Positions 12,530 through 25,900 of a stretch of DNA of 64,000 nucleotides are shown piece by piece. The stretch is from Eledone cirrhosa (taxonomy: Eukaryota). The notes below the pieces were generated by a model, which saw only the letters and a list, made by a program, of their open reading frames with translations, did no database searches and was not told the DNA's origin. The stretch spans positions 195,858,001 to 195,922,000 of the forward strand of contig OZ024743.1 of NCBI GenBank assembly GCA_964016885.1. Direction: 5' to 3'. Every line of letters starts with the position of its first letter. Positions within the stretch are counted from its first letter, which is position 1. A program made the position numbers and the translations under genes.

Positions 12530-14480
12530 GTGGCCACAGACATTGGACTATGTTGATGATGGGTTGTCTGATATATAATTTTATCATTTTTATTTGCTAT
12601 AAACTCGTAAAAATTATGTTTCTGCATATCAGAATTGTTTTAAGTGTCCTCGTCCGAAATCGTTCCTACGCAATGAGGAATAAATTTATAGAAATCCATA
12701 CCTATCAAATGGTACTGCGATTAACTAACTCCAGAATCAGTTACCATCATATGCAGAAATTTCATTGATGTTTAAAATTACATGTATAGCGAGGTTTATG
12801 AATATCTGAAATCGGTGATAACTATGAGAGGTTTTAATGAATATTGAGAAGTGTGATTCGATGAGATAGAAATCTGTTAATGTTAGCTGATTTAATGGCA
12901 TGGCACTGGAATTAAACTTTATGGACACCTCAAAACTCTCTTTGAAGAAACTTTCTGTCACGTAATACATAACACATCGTCGCTGGTTTAAGAGATGGAT
13001 TGATGATAAGAATTTGTGATCACATTAGTTTAAATTTTATTATTGTTATATAATGTTTAAAGCAGATTAATCTATTATAGGGATATGAGATTGGTAATTT
13101 AACTCTTAGGTTGAAAAATCAATTTCAGAAGCTTGTCGCCTTCTGATTTTTTACTACATATTTTCAAATATCAGTAAATGCATTTTTTATATACATCTAT
13201 TTTTAAATAGATGCATGGTAATCAGGACCAACGATATTTATGAAATCAACACGAAATCTTTGTTGTTGTTTTTTTTATCATTGCTTTAATGAATATTCAG
13301 TATTAAATCCCTTGTTTCTACATAAAACGGATCTCCAAGCTGATATGGAAAATGCATTAAAGTGATAGAACATGAATGAACATAAAGTTCATGGGAGTGA
13401 GTCTGTGTCTGTGTGTGAGTATATGTCTGTGTGTGTGTATATTTGTGTGTGTGCATGTGTGCGTATGCATACGTGTGTGTGTATGTGTGTGTGTGTGTGT
13501 GTTTCAATATCGTACTAGTCTGTAACAAATTCATTTTATTAGAGAAAGTAATAGCACTATGTAAAAGCTGGCAAGCTGTGATGTATGAATTACAAGACAG
13601 TTCGTTTTGTCGTATGCTTCATTAGATCTGAATTCCTGTAATGAATCCAGAATGTTTTGTTTTGCAGTTCAATGATGATTACAAATGTTAAATTTCGAGG
13701 CATGTTCTTTAACTAAACAGACACGAACTGCTTATTAACACCATGTCGCCTTCTTACTACTGGGATTCAGATATTTACCGAGGAAGATGTTGTCTCGTCG
13801 GTGTTAATTAGAAATGTTGGAAATGAATTGAACAGAACATATATAAAGATGTACTTGGAAACTGACCAAATGACACAAGGATGTTTCGAAGTGATTATCT
13901 CTCAGGAGGTAACGAACCTCTTCTTTCTCAACTTTCCCACTAATAACTCAGTCTCGAATGTTGTAATACTACACTTTAACGAATAACAATATATACCAGC
14001 GGATATTTTTACACACCAATGATTTGGAAACAGTATTGTAAAAGCAATATTGAACCAGAATTTAAACCTATAGAAAATTTTATTGAGACATTATTTCATC
14101 GAGTGCCAGCACAAAGTCTGTGCCAAACACTTAGCTTTTGATTATAAACTTGGTAATGCATCACTGAGTGATACAGTATTAATCAAGTAATATATTCTGC
14201 TGGGGAAGAAATATCGAAAATCATCCGAGTGTTTAAGACAATATCTATAGCAATAACTTGCTACATCCATGAAAGTATGTGCCAACGTTCAGCTGTATTT
14301 TTATGTGTATGTGTCACACACCATTAATCAATATTCTGTGAGATAGTCTCAATTGCTATGTTAAGCTCGATATCAGAGAAAGATATTATTATAAATTGCA
14401 GGTTTATAACATCACCTTAGTTGACACCACATATATTCTGACAGGGTATCGATGAAATATTCACATATATATTTATGTTT
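12530..14480 (+). pseudogene. Possible decayed exons with RRM-like repeats (PARP14/PARP10 N-terminal type)
   Basis: Two similar peptides, SVLVRNRSYAMRNKFIEIH (~12645) and SVLIRNVGNELNRTYIKMYLET (~13800). Each is preceded by an acceptor-like site (tttacag, ttttgcag). In-frame stops are present. Motif resemblance only. Confidence 0.25.
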
Positions 14481-15329
14481 TATTACAGTCTATTTGTAAT
14501 TAAGTTTGGGAGAAATAGCAACAAAGCTCTTGAACTAGTAAATAATTTAATACTTTCCATAAGCTTTCATGCTTTTCATTTCACCGTGTGCACCTTTTCA
14601 CGAATGTATTTTAAAATTATGACCGAGGTGATCTGACGAGAGAAGACCGATCGAGTATTATATGTGATTTCCATGTTCCTCGCTGTTCTAAAACTGTTGG
14701 AATTTCGCTTTTAACATCTAAATAAGTCATATTCCATATCTACCTAAAGGTTACGCTTTCCATCTTACATATGTATTCTGTTTTGATATTCATATAATTA
14801 GGTTTTCTTCCGACTTGATCGCATAACTGTCATATACAGAATTCTTCGTTTTCTTTACTTATTTAAATATTTAATTCTTACATTTACATTTTCAATATTT
14901 TATAAACGTTAAGGTAAGTTTTGATAGGTTGACAAATGTATGATCTATTTCAGTACAATGCTTTTTCAAAACCAATTCTCACGTGAACATTTTAAGTGTA
15001 TTAATTAATTTCATAAAACAATAGCACTATCTACAAATTATGTAACACACATTGCTATCTAGAGAAAGAAAGCTTAATTGATTAAAATTCCCCTTCAGTT
15101 AAAGAAAGAAACGATAACATTGCAAACTCTCCAATAAATTTACATGCCTTATTGTGCGCAACGTACCCACAAACACTGCATACTTAACACACTGAACGTT
15201 TAAAGCCTTCATGTCTAATTATAACAGCCACATTTTCGATGCATTTCATAACACCCAAACTATTCCAGAATAATGCAATATTATGAAGATTAATAGAGAA
15301 ACTATATTTTGTAGTAGGTATTGTATATA

Positions 15330-16480
15330 TACTACGGACATGTGATTAGAGTGTCTAAAGAAAGAAAGAATTAGTGGATGCATTTTCCGGGCAATACCAA
15401 CCGACAAGAAACCAAAGGTTAGACCACGAGCAAGATGGTTGGATAACATCTATGAGCTCGGTTAGTATTCCTTGAATTTGGTTAATTAATATGCAGACAT
15501 ATGCCTCTGATAAGACCCTCTCATGTCGTACGACCTTCTTCTTCTTCTTCTTCTTATTCTTCTTCTTCGCCCACATATATCTGAGAGGGTCGTAGTGGTA
15601 GAGTCCTCAAACATTTCTTCCAGTGGGTCGTCAGAAGAATGATTGCTTTCTCTGTCACTTGCCACATTGTTAACCTATCCATTAATTTTAATATATTTCT
15701 GCCTCTACACTTTAATGTTTACTATCTTTCCTGTTGTCACCAGATGTTCCAGGGACTCTCTTTCTATTATATACCCAAACAATTTTGTTTGTTCTTTCTC
15801 AGTGATGCTCAAAAATATGATTTTGTTTTTACTGTTGCTGGCACTTTTTTGTGATTCTATTTAGATAGTAAATACTTAGCTTTCTTCGCAAGAACCACAT
15901 TTCTGCTTCATTGACTCTTATATATTACTTGTATTTTTCCTGGTTTGTGATATGGTTCAAGATTCACAGCCATATATCATCATTGCTATGACATAACACT
16001 GGATAATTCTTATTTTCATGTTTAGCGGATATTTTCTTTTTCGTTTTGTTTTTCGTTTCTTGAAAAGTTGGATATTTGCAATTACTATTCTAGTTTTTAT
16101 ATCTGTTATGCACATGCCGTTGGGTCTTAAACATAATCCAAGATATTTGAAATGTTCGACTTGATTTAACACTTCATTATTAAGCACGATCTTACACCAT
16201 ACCTGCTGTCTTCTTTTTGTTCAATGACAGAGCAAATTTGTTTTACTTTCTCTATGGATGACAAGTAATAACTGCTATAATATGTCTTCGCTACTTCCAA
16301 TCAAAGCAGTGTCATCAACATATTGGAGGTTACAGAGGGTATGTTCACCACAATGCCCGGAAGGTGTGAGATATTCCTCATAAGGATTTCATTGCACAAA
16401 TAATTACTTAAATATTTTCTATACAACAGTTCAAATGTATTGGGCCTCCTTCGGTTTCGATGAGGAACAGCCAGTTAATT
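15330..16480. mobile_element. Decayed RTE-clade LINE fragments (+ at ~15330-15535, - at ~15540-16480)
   Basis: Minus ORF LNQVEHFKYLG...IKTRIVIA...MIYGCES. 3' end resembles 11620-11760 and has a (GAA)n tail. Confidence 0.6.
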
Positions 16481-16825
16481 AAATTAACGTGTCAATGGAT
16501 GACATTTCACAGAAACGTGAAAGCTTAAAGCAATTCCCAAGGATATTCTGTGTGACACAAGTATGTAACAGGGCTGATGCAAAGAATTACAAGTACAGTC
16601 CAACCAATAGGCTTCCAAGACATTTCCGTTTAACCAGGGCCGGATTTAATAGGGAGAGAGGCAAAGGGAGCAATTGCCCAGGGCCCCTGCAGTGGGGGAG
16701 GTCACCAGCGACGGCCTTAGCAATGTGTTTGTGCCCGCAGCTGGGCCCTGCAATTTTAGGATGGGGAGAAGTTTTGAATTTAAGGCCAAGCGGAAATTAT
16801 ATATATGTGTGGGGGGGGGGGGGGT

Positions 16826-16875
<50 letters not shown>

Positions 16876-17083
16876 ATGTGTGTGTGTGTGTGTTCAAAAG
16901 AAAGATGGTGTAGGATAGAATAAAGAAAAGATACAAAATAAAAACCTAATCACGGAGAAGTTCACAGAATGTGTGACGAAAGAGCTTTGACAATATATAA
17001 ACAATCACCGGGTTACCGAACCAACCAACCGGAAATGTGTATTAAACTAAAGTGAAATCGACAGGTGCGTGTGTTTTTATAAA

Positions 17084-17162
<79 letters not shown>

Positions 17163-17169
<7 letters not shown>

Positions 17170-18108
17170 TTGTAGCTCTGAAATAGCAATATATATATGG
17201 ATGTAAATATAATGTATTTTGCAATACACTTTATGCTTAATTAAAAGCATTTTGAAGACCGTAAGCTATTGTTTTAAAGTAGTGACAAATTCACTCACTT
17301 CGATCTCAGCAAACAGGAGATAAGCCGACATGACATGTTTCGCTTTTGTTGAAGCTTATCAAGGCCAACTACCCCGCCCGTCTGCTGAGATTAATGATGT
17401 TATATTCTTATAGAAATCTAGTAAATAATCAGGAGCTGAATATGCAGAGCGGTTGTTGGTCAGGCAGAAATTAAAAATTAGAATTGTAGCTCTGAAATAG
17501 CAATATATATATGGATGTAAATATAATGTATTTTGCAATACACTTTATGCTTAATTAAAAGCATTTTGAAGACCGTAAGCTATTGTTTTAAAGTAGTGAC
17601 AAATTCACTCACTTCGATCTCAGCAAACAGGAGGAGATAAGCCGACATGACATGTTTCGCTTTTGTTGAAGCTTATCAAGGCCAACTACCCCGCCCGTCT
17701 GCTGAGATTAATGATGTTATATTCTTATAGAAATCTAGTAAATAATCAGGAGCTGATTATGCATGGATGTAAATACATTATATTTACATCCATATATATA
17801 TATCGCTATTTCAGAGCTACAATTCTAATTTTTAATTTCTGCCTGACCAACAACCGCTCTGCATAATCAGCTCCTGATTATTTACTAGATTTCTATAAGA
17901 ATATAACATCATTAATCTCAGCAGACGGGCGGGGTAGTTGGCCTTGATAAGCTTCAACAAAAGCGAAACATGTCATGTCGGCTTATCTCCTCCTGTTTGC
18001 TGAGATCGAAGTGAGTGAATTTGTCACTACTTTAAAACAATAGCTTACGGTCTTCAAAATGCTTTTAATTAAGCATAAAGTGTATTGCAAAATACATTAT
18101 ATTTACAT

Positions 18109-18112
<4 letters not shown>
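17163..18112. mobile_element. Retrozyme-like array: two ~315-nt tandem units plus one inverted unit, in (TA)n
   Basis: Units start at 17163 and 17477, with an inverted copy at ~17775-18112. HHR-like motifs at 17324-17369 (-), 17641-17686 (-) and 17937-17982 (+). Confidence 0.85.
17937..17982 (+). ncRNA. Minimal HHR variant with U3-A8 core
   Basis: gttggc-c-TTGATAA-gctt-caacaa-aagc-GAAA-catg-TC-at-gtcggc, enclosed by a long outer stem (atctcagcagacggg / cctgtttgctgagat). Stem I is wobble-rich and offset. Confidence 0.6.
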
Positions 18113-18189
<77 letters not shown>

Positions 18190-18727
18190 GAATATAAAAT
18201 GAAAGTGCTTTTATAAAGGAATTTATTAGGTATTGACATATGTTTCTGTAACAGACGGAATACCTATGTATCGCTGCTTGCGTAATCATATAATGTTAGC
18301 AAGCATTCGAGAGCAAATGTATAATCAGTTGTCACTTCTTCCTTACTGGACACTTTATATCTGTATTAATACTACTACACCAAACGACCAGCCCTGTCCA
18401 TTGTTCAAATATAGATTAAAATAGGCACTGCCAAACATTCTTATTTAGATAAAATAAGCCATATACTCATTGTATTATCATTAAAAACCTTCTATATACT
18501 TGTTTACCAGCAAATTGAAATGCCATCTGTCATATACTATCCCTTCTCTTCTTCCTTTCTTACAACTAATATAAAGACTTTAATTTTTCTGATTTTTTCC
18601 AATTTATCCAATATCTCTGAAGAAGTGACAACTGATTATACATTTGCTATCGAATACTTGCTAACATTATATGATTACGAAAGCAGCGATACATAGGTAT
18701 TCCGTCTGTTACAGAAACATATGTCAA

Positions 18728-19696
18728 TCTATATATATAAAACTGAGGTTGTCTGTCTGTCTATCGATTTTTGGCACACATCTCCTCTTAGAATCTCTCA
18801 CGGAATTGCACCGAAATTGCTATACTTGTACATTGAGCCCTAGCGAAGACATGGGAAAAAAAATATTTCAAATTGACCCACCCTATGTGACGAAATCGAA
18901 TATAATGTATCGATTTTTGAGCGTAAGTTATCAGTTATTTCCCTTTGTTCTGTTTACATTGAGCGTCTTACGTAAAAAATTACGCTGGCTTTCTCAGCGT
19001 TTAAAATGACATTAACACAATACACGAACAGTTGTCGAGCCAGCAAAATATTGACCTGCAAAATTCATCAGTTCGAACACTAAGCTTCCGTTTTGCTTCA
19101 TTTCCATTTAAAAGCATTTTAAAACAATATTTTTACTTGAAAACAAGTCTATTTAAAGACTACGTAAAACAAGCAAATATTTCGTCGTTAGGCGTGCAGA
19201 CAGACAGTCGTGCAGAGAGGTGATATACGCGTGCAGACAGATAGTCGTGCAGAGAGGTGATATAGGCGTGCAGACAGACAGTCGTGCAGAGAGGTGATAT
19301 AGGCGTGCAGACAGACAGTCGGGCAGAGAGGTGATATAGGCGTGCAGACAGACAGTCGTGCAGAGAGGTGATATAGGCGTGCAGACAGACATAACTGATA
19401 ATTTGGTTACGCTAATGTTTTTCTCTGCGTTGCAGTGTTTACATTTTAGATCTTTGTTAATAAATAACCAGTGCAGTTTCTATCCCCAGCATCCTCTTTT
19501 GTTATAACATTCGGGTTATCGTTATGTTTTCTTAACTTCATAAGGCATATTGTTGGTTGAGGGAATATTAATCAAAAACACCACATGCAAGTCTGCACAG
19601 TAGACACTACAGTTTTTAAGCCAAGAAAGAAACTTAACATTGTAACTTTAACACAGCTACTGAGCGACCCCGAGCAACGCCGGGCTTTACTGCTAG
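18728..19696 (+). mobile_element. Non-autonomous Helitron
   Basis: 5' TC(tatatatataaaactgagg), 3' hairpin cccg-agcaacgc-cggg then CTAG. Inserted between A and T with no TSD. The empty site (gtcaa|tacct) can be read from the mirror arm. Confidence 0.9.
19189..19391 (+). repeat. 37-bp minisatellite (~5.5 copies) inside the Helitron
   Basis: Unit aggcgtgcagacagacagtcgtgcagagaggtgatat. Confidence 0.9.
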
Positions 19697-19874
19697 TACC
19701 TAATAAATTCCTTTATAAAAACACTTTCATTTTATATTCATCTTTTCTACATTTTCTCCGGAATATAATTTATACTCGTTGAGCAAACCTACACGTACGC
19801 TGTTCATCTCTAACGTGACGATATATTATCACTACATTATTGATAACTTGAAATTTATATATATATATATATAT

Positions 19875-20340
19875 ATATGAATGTATATATAGTGTATTTT
19901 GCAATAAACTGAATGCTTAATTAACAGCATTTCGAAGACATTACGCTGTTGTTTTAGAGTAGTGACAGTCTCACTTACTTTAAATTTTCAGCAAACAGGG
20001 AAGATAAAGCTGACAGAGCTCTGTTTCGTACTGATTGGTATCAAAGCCAAGTACTCCACCTGTTTGCTGAAAATCATGAATGTTTGATTCTTATAGAATT
20101 CTAGTAATAATCAGGAACTGATTATACAGAACGGTTGCCGGTCAAGCAGAAATTGAAAATTAGAATTGGCGATATATACAAAGTAAGCGATATATACTTA
20201 AAGTAAGTGAGACTGTCACTACTCTAAAGCAATAGCATAAGGTCTTCGAAATGCTTTTAATTAAGCATATAGTGTATTGCAAAATAGACTATATATATAT
20301 TCATATATATATCGCTAGTTCAGAGCACCAATTCTAATTA
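19875..20340. mobile_element. Diverged copy of the ~310-nt retrozyme family with a partial inverted copy; HHR decayed
   Basis: Shares gcattt(c)gaagac, cggttgccggtc..gcagaaatt and aaattagaatt with 17163 and 37730. Minus strand keeps GAAAC-agagctct-GTC. Confidence 0.7.
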
Positions 20341-20344
20341 TATA

Positions 20345-20440
<96 letters not shown>

Positions 20441-20647
20441 CTTTTCTCAACCTGATTAGTTCTATCGTTGCTTTGGTATATATTGTGTGTTAGTTTAGCC
20501 TACCACAATGTTCGATTTGTCAAGCTATTTAAACGTATGTTATTACTCTAAGGACCTACCTTATCGAGTTCTTTGCTAACTCAGCACTTCATATAAGTGG
20601 GCCGAATTCACTTGGAAACCGCCAGAGATTCGATTTTACTGATTTCC

Positions 20648-20699
<52 letters not shown>

Positions 20700-20836
20700 G
20701 AGAGGTATAGAGATTGTTTTAGCAAGAAGCTAACGGCACTCTATAACATATATGCGACTATAACGTCAAGATGGGAAAAGTAGTTAACGAAAGATTTAGG
20801 AAAAATAACTCAAACTCATCTCAAAAGAGAATCAGG

Positions 20837-20916
<80 letters not shown>

Positions 20917-20948
20917 TATAATATATATATATAATATATATATATTTA

Positions 20949-21055
<107 letters not shown>

Positions 21056-21113
21056 ATATATTATATATATATATAAATTATATATATATATATAACTTTA
21101 ATCTGTTATTTTA

Positions 21114-21175
<62 letters not shown>

Positions 21176-21678
21176 CGACCCCGTAAGGATGAAAGGCAAA
21201 GTTAACCTCGGCGAGATTTGAACTCAGAAAGCCTCACCCTAGAAAGAATTTCTATAGACTTCTGACTGAGGAATGCTCTCAAAACTGACCAATGGGAAGT
21301 TTGACATTTTTTTGTTATTTTGTTCCTTTACCACCTTGTTCCTTCTACCACTTTATCAATGTTTTAAGCTAACTCCAACAATAACAACACTACCAACACA
21401 AGAATTGAGGTCAGATGTACCTAACAATAACAAGAACAACAACTACAAATTGGCTTGCCTCAGAACGAACTTCTATAGACTTTTGAATGAGGAATGTTCT
21501 AACAACTGACCAATTAGATGAGAAGAGGCCCTTTGACACTGAAATTCGTTTGTTTGAATTCATATGATTCCAGTTCCTCAGTGAAATAACAACCCAACCA
21601 GGAACTGGGCATATCAGAGTATTGACAAAATTATACACCTCAACAACATATGTACTTGTCTATACCACACTAATTCGG

Positions 21679-21733
21679 ACTGCCTGAAGAGGTCACAGCC
21701 AAAGATGGCTGTCACCGAAATATATATAGCAGT
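21679..21733 (+). ncRNA. Type I hammerhead ribozyme in a solo pLTR (approx. 21243-21785)
   Basis: actgc-CTGAAGA-ggt-c-acagcc-aaagat-ggctgt-c-acc-GAAA-tatata-TA-gcagt, followed directly by AATAAA. Confidence 0.88.
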
Positions 21734-21854
21734 AATAAACGAAGCTAAATTTTAAACATTTGACTTTTTATTTTACTTTATTTTATATATATACATATGT
21801 ATATATATATATGTATATATTTATACGCATTATTACATATTATTATCATGATTA

Positions 21855-22050
21855 TTATGGATTGCTAGATTCGCAGTATCGGTAGAAGCTCCAACGACAT
21901 GCTTTGCAGCATAGAGTTACGGTCCTTTATGATCTGAGTTCAAATCCCGCCAGGTTAACTTTGCCTTTCATCCTTACGGAGTCGATAAAATAAAGTACCA
22001 GTAATGTACTGGAATAATTGCTGGCCTTGTGCCAAAAAGGAGAAACAATT
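21855..22050 (+). mobile_element. tRNA-derived SINE with Nin/Deu-like central domain and (ATT)n tail
   Basis: B-box gagttcaaatccc and gttaactttgcctttcatccttacggagtcgataaaataaagtaccag. Many sister copies in the window. Confidence 0.8.
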
Positions 22051-22490
22051 ATTATTATTATCATTATTATTATTATATATATTGTACAACTTGTTAAAGT
22101 GTGTAAGTGGACCAATTGAAACGTCGAAATCCACTTACTCGCTTATTTCTTGAGAGGTGAGGTGGGGGTGGAAGATTGTAACCTAGCGCTTCACCAGTTG
22201 AAATAGTAATCAATTAAGGTGTGTGAGCCTGCCGCCTTCAGCAGTAAACAGGTCCTACTTTGAGTACGGATTCAAATAGATATTTGAACTGGTTTGTTCA
22301 GTGTTAAGTCTCTTGAAGTTTAGTTCCTTATCAGTGTCGTCTCTGAGAGACACTAAAGCAAAGTGACCAAGAAAGAGAAGGGGGTGTGATCAGAGAGAGA
22401 GAGATGTACAGATCAGTAAACAGAGAAATAGAAACAGAGAAAAAGGTAAACGGACAGACATCGTAACATACGGGTAGATAGGCAAACCGG

Positions 22491-22539
<49 letters not shown>

Positions 22540-22682
22540 ATACATATATATATAGAGAGAGAGAGATAGATATAGATAGATAGATATCTTTTTTTATATA
22601 TATACAGGAAAAGAATCAGGACCCCGACGGCTGAGCTCCGGTCGTTTCGACAGCTAGATCCGCCTAGAGTTGATTGTGCTTT

Positions 22683-22732
<50 letters not shown>

Positions 22733-22812
22733 TGTGTTTTCCTTTTATACATATATATAAAAGGAAAGCCCAATCAACTCTAGGCGACCATCTTTATTTT
22801 TCTTTTTCTTAT

Positions 22813-22864
22813 GACAGGCTGAATGAGTTGTGGTCAAGAACCCAACGAAACTTGAGTACCTGTT
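22813..22864 (+). ncRNA. Type I HHR variant with one extra core nucleotide (CUGAAUGA)
   Basis: gacagg-CTGAATGA-gttg-tggtcaagaacc-caac-GAAA-cttgag-TA-cctgtt. Confidence 0.7.
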
Positions 22865-22901
22865 TGTGTCACTGTTGTAATTATTTACATATATATATAT
22901 A

Positions 22902-25900
22902 CTAGCTGAGCTACCCGGTGATACCCGGGTATTTTATGAAACTTAAGTTACAATATATTTGGCACACATTACAAAATATTTGACCATTCAAATATGATTG
23001 CTGAATTTTAACCAAGGTAGGAATTATAGCAGAATATTTATTGCTGTTTGGTCAAAGTAAATCATCTAAATAAAAAATTGTTTTTTGCAGCGTTGATTTT
23101 TTTAATACTGCTTCCTATTACAGTCAGCATATATAATGCTTTACTCATAGATGAATCATTAGGTATGTTGTCAGTGAACAGGGCATGACCAAAAAAATAC
23201 ATTTAGATTTTTTTTATTTATCCCTTTCTTTTTTTTTTTTTTTGCTCAATCTGAACCTCTGAAATTCAAACAACATGTAAAGACTATTTTAAAAACCATA
23301 AATAAAATAAGAAAATAAATTTAGCATTGGTTTATGATTGAATGAAGCATTTACTTACGCATTTCTGTAATTCGGGAAAAGTGTATTTAAATTTGTACAC
23401 TGTAGCTTTTACCAATCTTTGCCTCTATGGCAGTAGGATCTTGTTTGAGGGAGATTTGTTTTCTATTTCTATTAGCTATACCAACAGTTATAGTGGCTCA
23501 CATGACATACATAGATACATGCACACACATGTATGTGTGTAAGATAGTTGTTTGTGATTTGAAATGGATTTTGCTAATATTTCTAGTAGATCGAGTTATC
23601 ACATAGAACCATTCCTTTTTGCTTCATACATATATACATACCTGAGAAAGTAAGATGGGATTTGAAGGAAATTTGGCTGCTATTTCTACCCAACAAAGTC
23701 CTCACTTATACTACTTTATATAGCATATTCTTCCAAAGTAACACCATGCAGTAAATTTGCGGCTTCAGAATTCCTTGCAAACTACATGACTAAGGCATTA
23801 GGATCTGTGTGTATTGTCATTGAATGAGGAATTACGACATTGCTCATTCCAAAGCCTCTGCATAAACAACATTCTTGGTTTTGCCCTGTGGGGCCACAAT
23901 GAAGAGACAATCAAGGTTCCCAACCCTTATTGTGCCAATATAGAGTTGACCATGTGAAAAGACAGGATCTGCCAGATTCAACCCAACAACTTTCAATGAT
24001 TGCCCTTGAGATTTATTAATGGTCATGGCAAAACTGAGCCTGATCGGAAATTGAAGTCTTTGAAATTCAAATGGCAAATCATTTGGCTTCAGAGGTATTC
24101 TGGGAATGAAACAATTGTCACCAGCAAATTTTCCTGACATGATTGCAACTTCTAGAACATTGGACATCATATTTTTGATGATGAGTCTTGTGCCATTACA
24201 AAGTTTTGGAGGATCAAGATTCCGAAGTAGCATAACCGATGCTCCAAGCTTCAGTATCAGGCTGTGTGGAGGAATTCCCGCTGGTTCAAGACTGTTCAAA
24301 AATTCAGTTGGATAGTTTACAACCTGATCTTGAGAAGTGATTGTGTAAACTGATTTGCAGCACATTTTCTCTCCCGGTAACATCTCCAGCAGCCTTCTGT
24401 TGATTTCTTTCACGGCAACATTTTTTAGGTGCTAAGATTGCTCGTTCACAGAACGAGCCATTTCGGATCACATTGCCTGGTCTGAATGTTTGGAAACACT
24501 CTGGCAATCAATTCTTGTTCTGTGTCAATGATATGGCCAAATGACAACTGTATATGGTCATTGGAGTCCTTTTCAAGAAGTCCATTTCCCAATTTAAGTA
24601 GTTGGATGGCGAACTCACTGACACATTCGTCACCAGTTAAGTGCACTCGCATGTTGGTTGTAAGGCTCAGCAGCTGAAAATGGGGCCAGAGATAGGATGT
24701 TTTCAGACAGGCATTGACCTGATCAGCTCGAGTACCTCGAAGAATTACAGGCAGAGTTTGTCTGAAATCACCAGCAAGAACTATTGTCACTCCTTCCATT
24801 ATGCAACTATATTCTCTCACATCCCTTATCGTCCGGTCCAAAGCTTCAATTGCTCCTTTATGGCTAATAGTAGCTTCATCCCACATTATCATCTAGCATG
24901 TTTGCAGAAGCTTTCCCCTGGGTGAGTTCTTCTTGATGTTGCAAAAAGATTGTTCATGCCGTGTTAGATCTATGGGCAGCTTAAACATGGAGTGTGCAGT
25001 TCTTCCTCCATCCAGAAGTGCTGCTGAAATTCCACTTGAAGCCACAGCAAGGGCAATATGTTGCTTTTGGCGAACTTTTGCTAGCAGGAGGTTTATGAGG
25101 AATGTCTTGCCTGTGCCAGCAGGAGCATCGATGAAGAAAAGTCCTCCCCTGTCATTTTGAATGTTTTCGATGATGTTGTGGTAGGCGTATTTCTGGTTAT
25201 CCATCAATCGAGGTTCATTTTAATCACAAACTTACGCAATGCTTGAATATCGTAGTTTGTCTCCTGAAAAATGTCTTGTGCTACCTTCATTTCTTCATCT
25301 GGCTCTAGCATCCCACAGTTAGCTAATGTGCTATTCATTGCCTGAACTCGATGGGACAGGTCACAGAGAGCTTGATTGTAAATCCTGGGGGTATATTCCA
25401 TATACATATTGCCATGTCTTCGGGCTAGGTGTAGATAGTCGTCCGACACATTGTTTTTGTACTCCTGCCAGAGTAGATGAGCTTCATCAATTCCACATGC
25501 TGTGAGCATAATAGCAAATAATTGACTGGATACTTGAGTGATTGCTGCTTCTTCTAGGCACTTCTTCCAGTGTCCATTGTCATGCAGGAGTCCATGCTGT
25601 TTACATGTGTCTTGGTATGTTGCGCACTCCCTTCCTCTGAAGCACCTAATGACGTTGGTCCTCGAACAGTATGCAGAAGTAGCCGTAAATAAAAACATTC
25701 TCTGTTGTTGGGATGGACATTGTAAACACGCCCAATAGCATCACTTGACTTGACTTCATGACCTTCCACTAAATGACACTGCTTTCTTCGATTCCAGGTC
25801 TTGCAATTGGTTCATGTGTAGTATGTTGGGACTTCAGCATATAGGAGGGATCGAGCAAATTCATCATTCTGGAAGAGTTTAAAGAAAGCAATTAGTGTAG

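Larger units (their letters stand above)
18183..19752. repeat. Inverted pLTR pair whose right arm carries a long-stem-II HHR-like motif (18611-18727) and is split by a Helitron
   Basis: 18183-18340 is the reverse complement of 18620-18727 + 19697-19748. Motif is CTGAAGA-a-gtgaca...tgttac-a-GAAA-catatg-TC with a degenerate stem I. Confidence 0.7.

Noticed and set aside
16635-16800. hAT-like left terminus cagggccggattta
   Set aside because: No matching right TIR or TSD found, so it is too fragmentary to call.
19189-19391. 37-bp repeats (and the 310-bp array) as a CRISPR array
   Set aside because: Units are contiguous with no unique spacers, the context is eukaryotic, and there are no cas genes.
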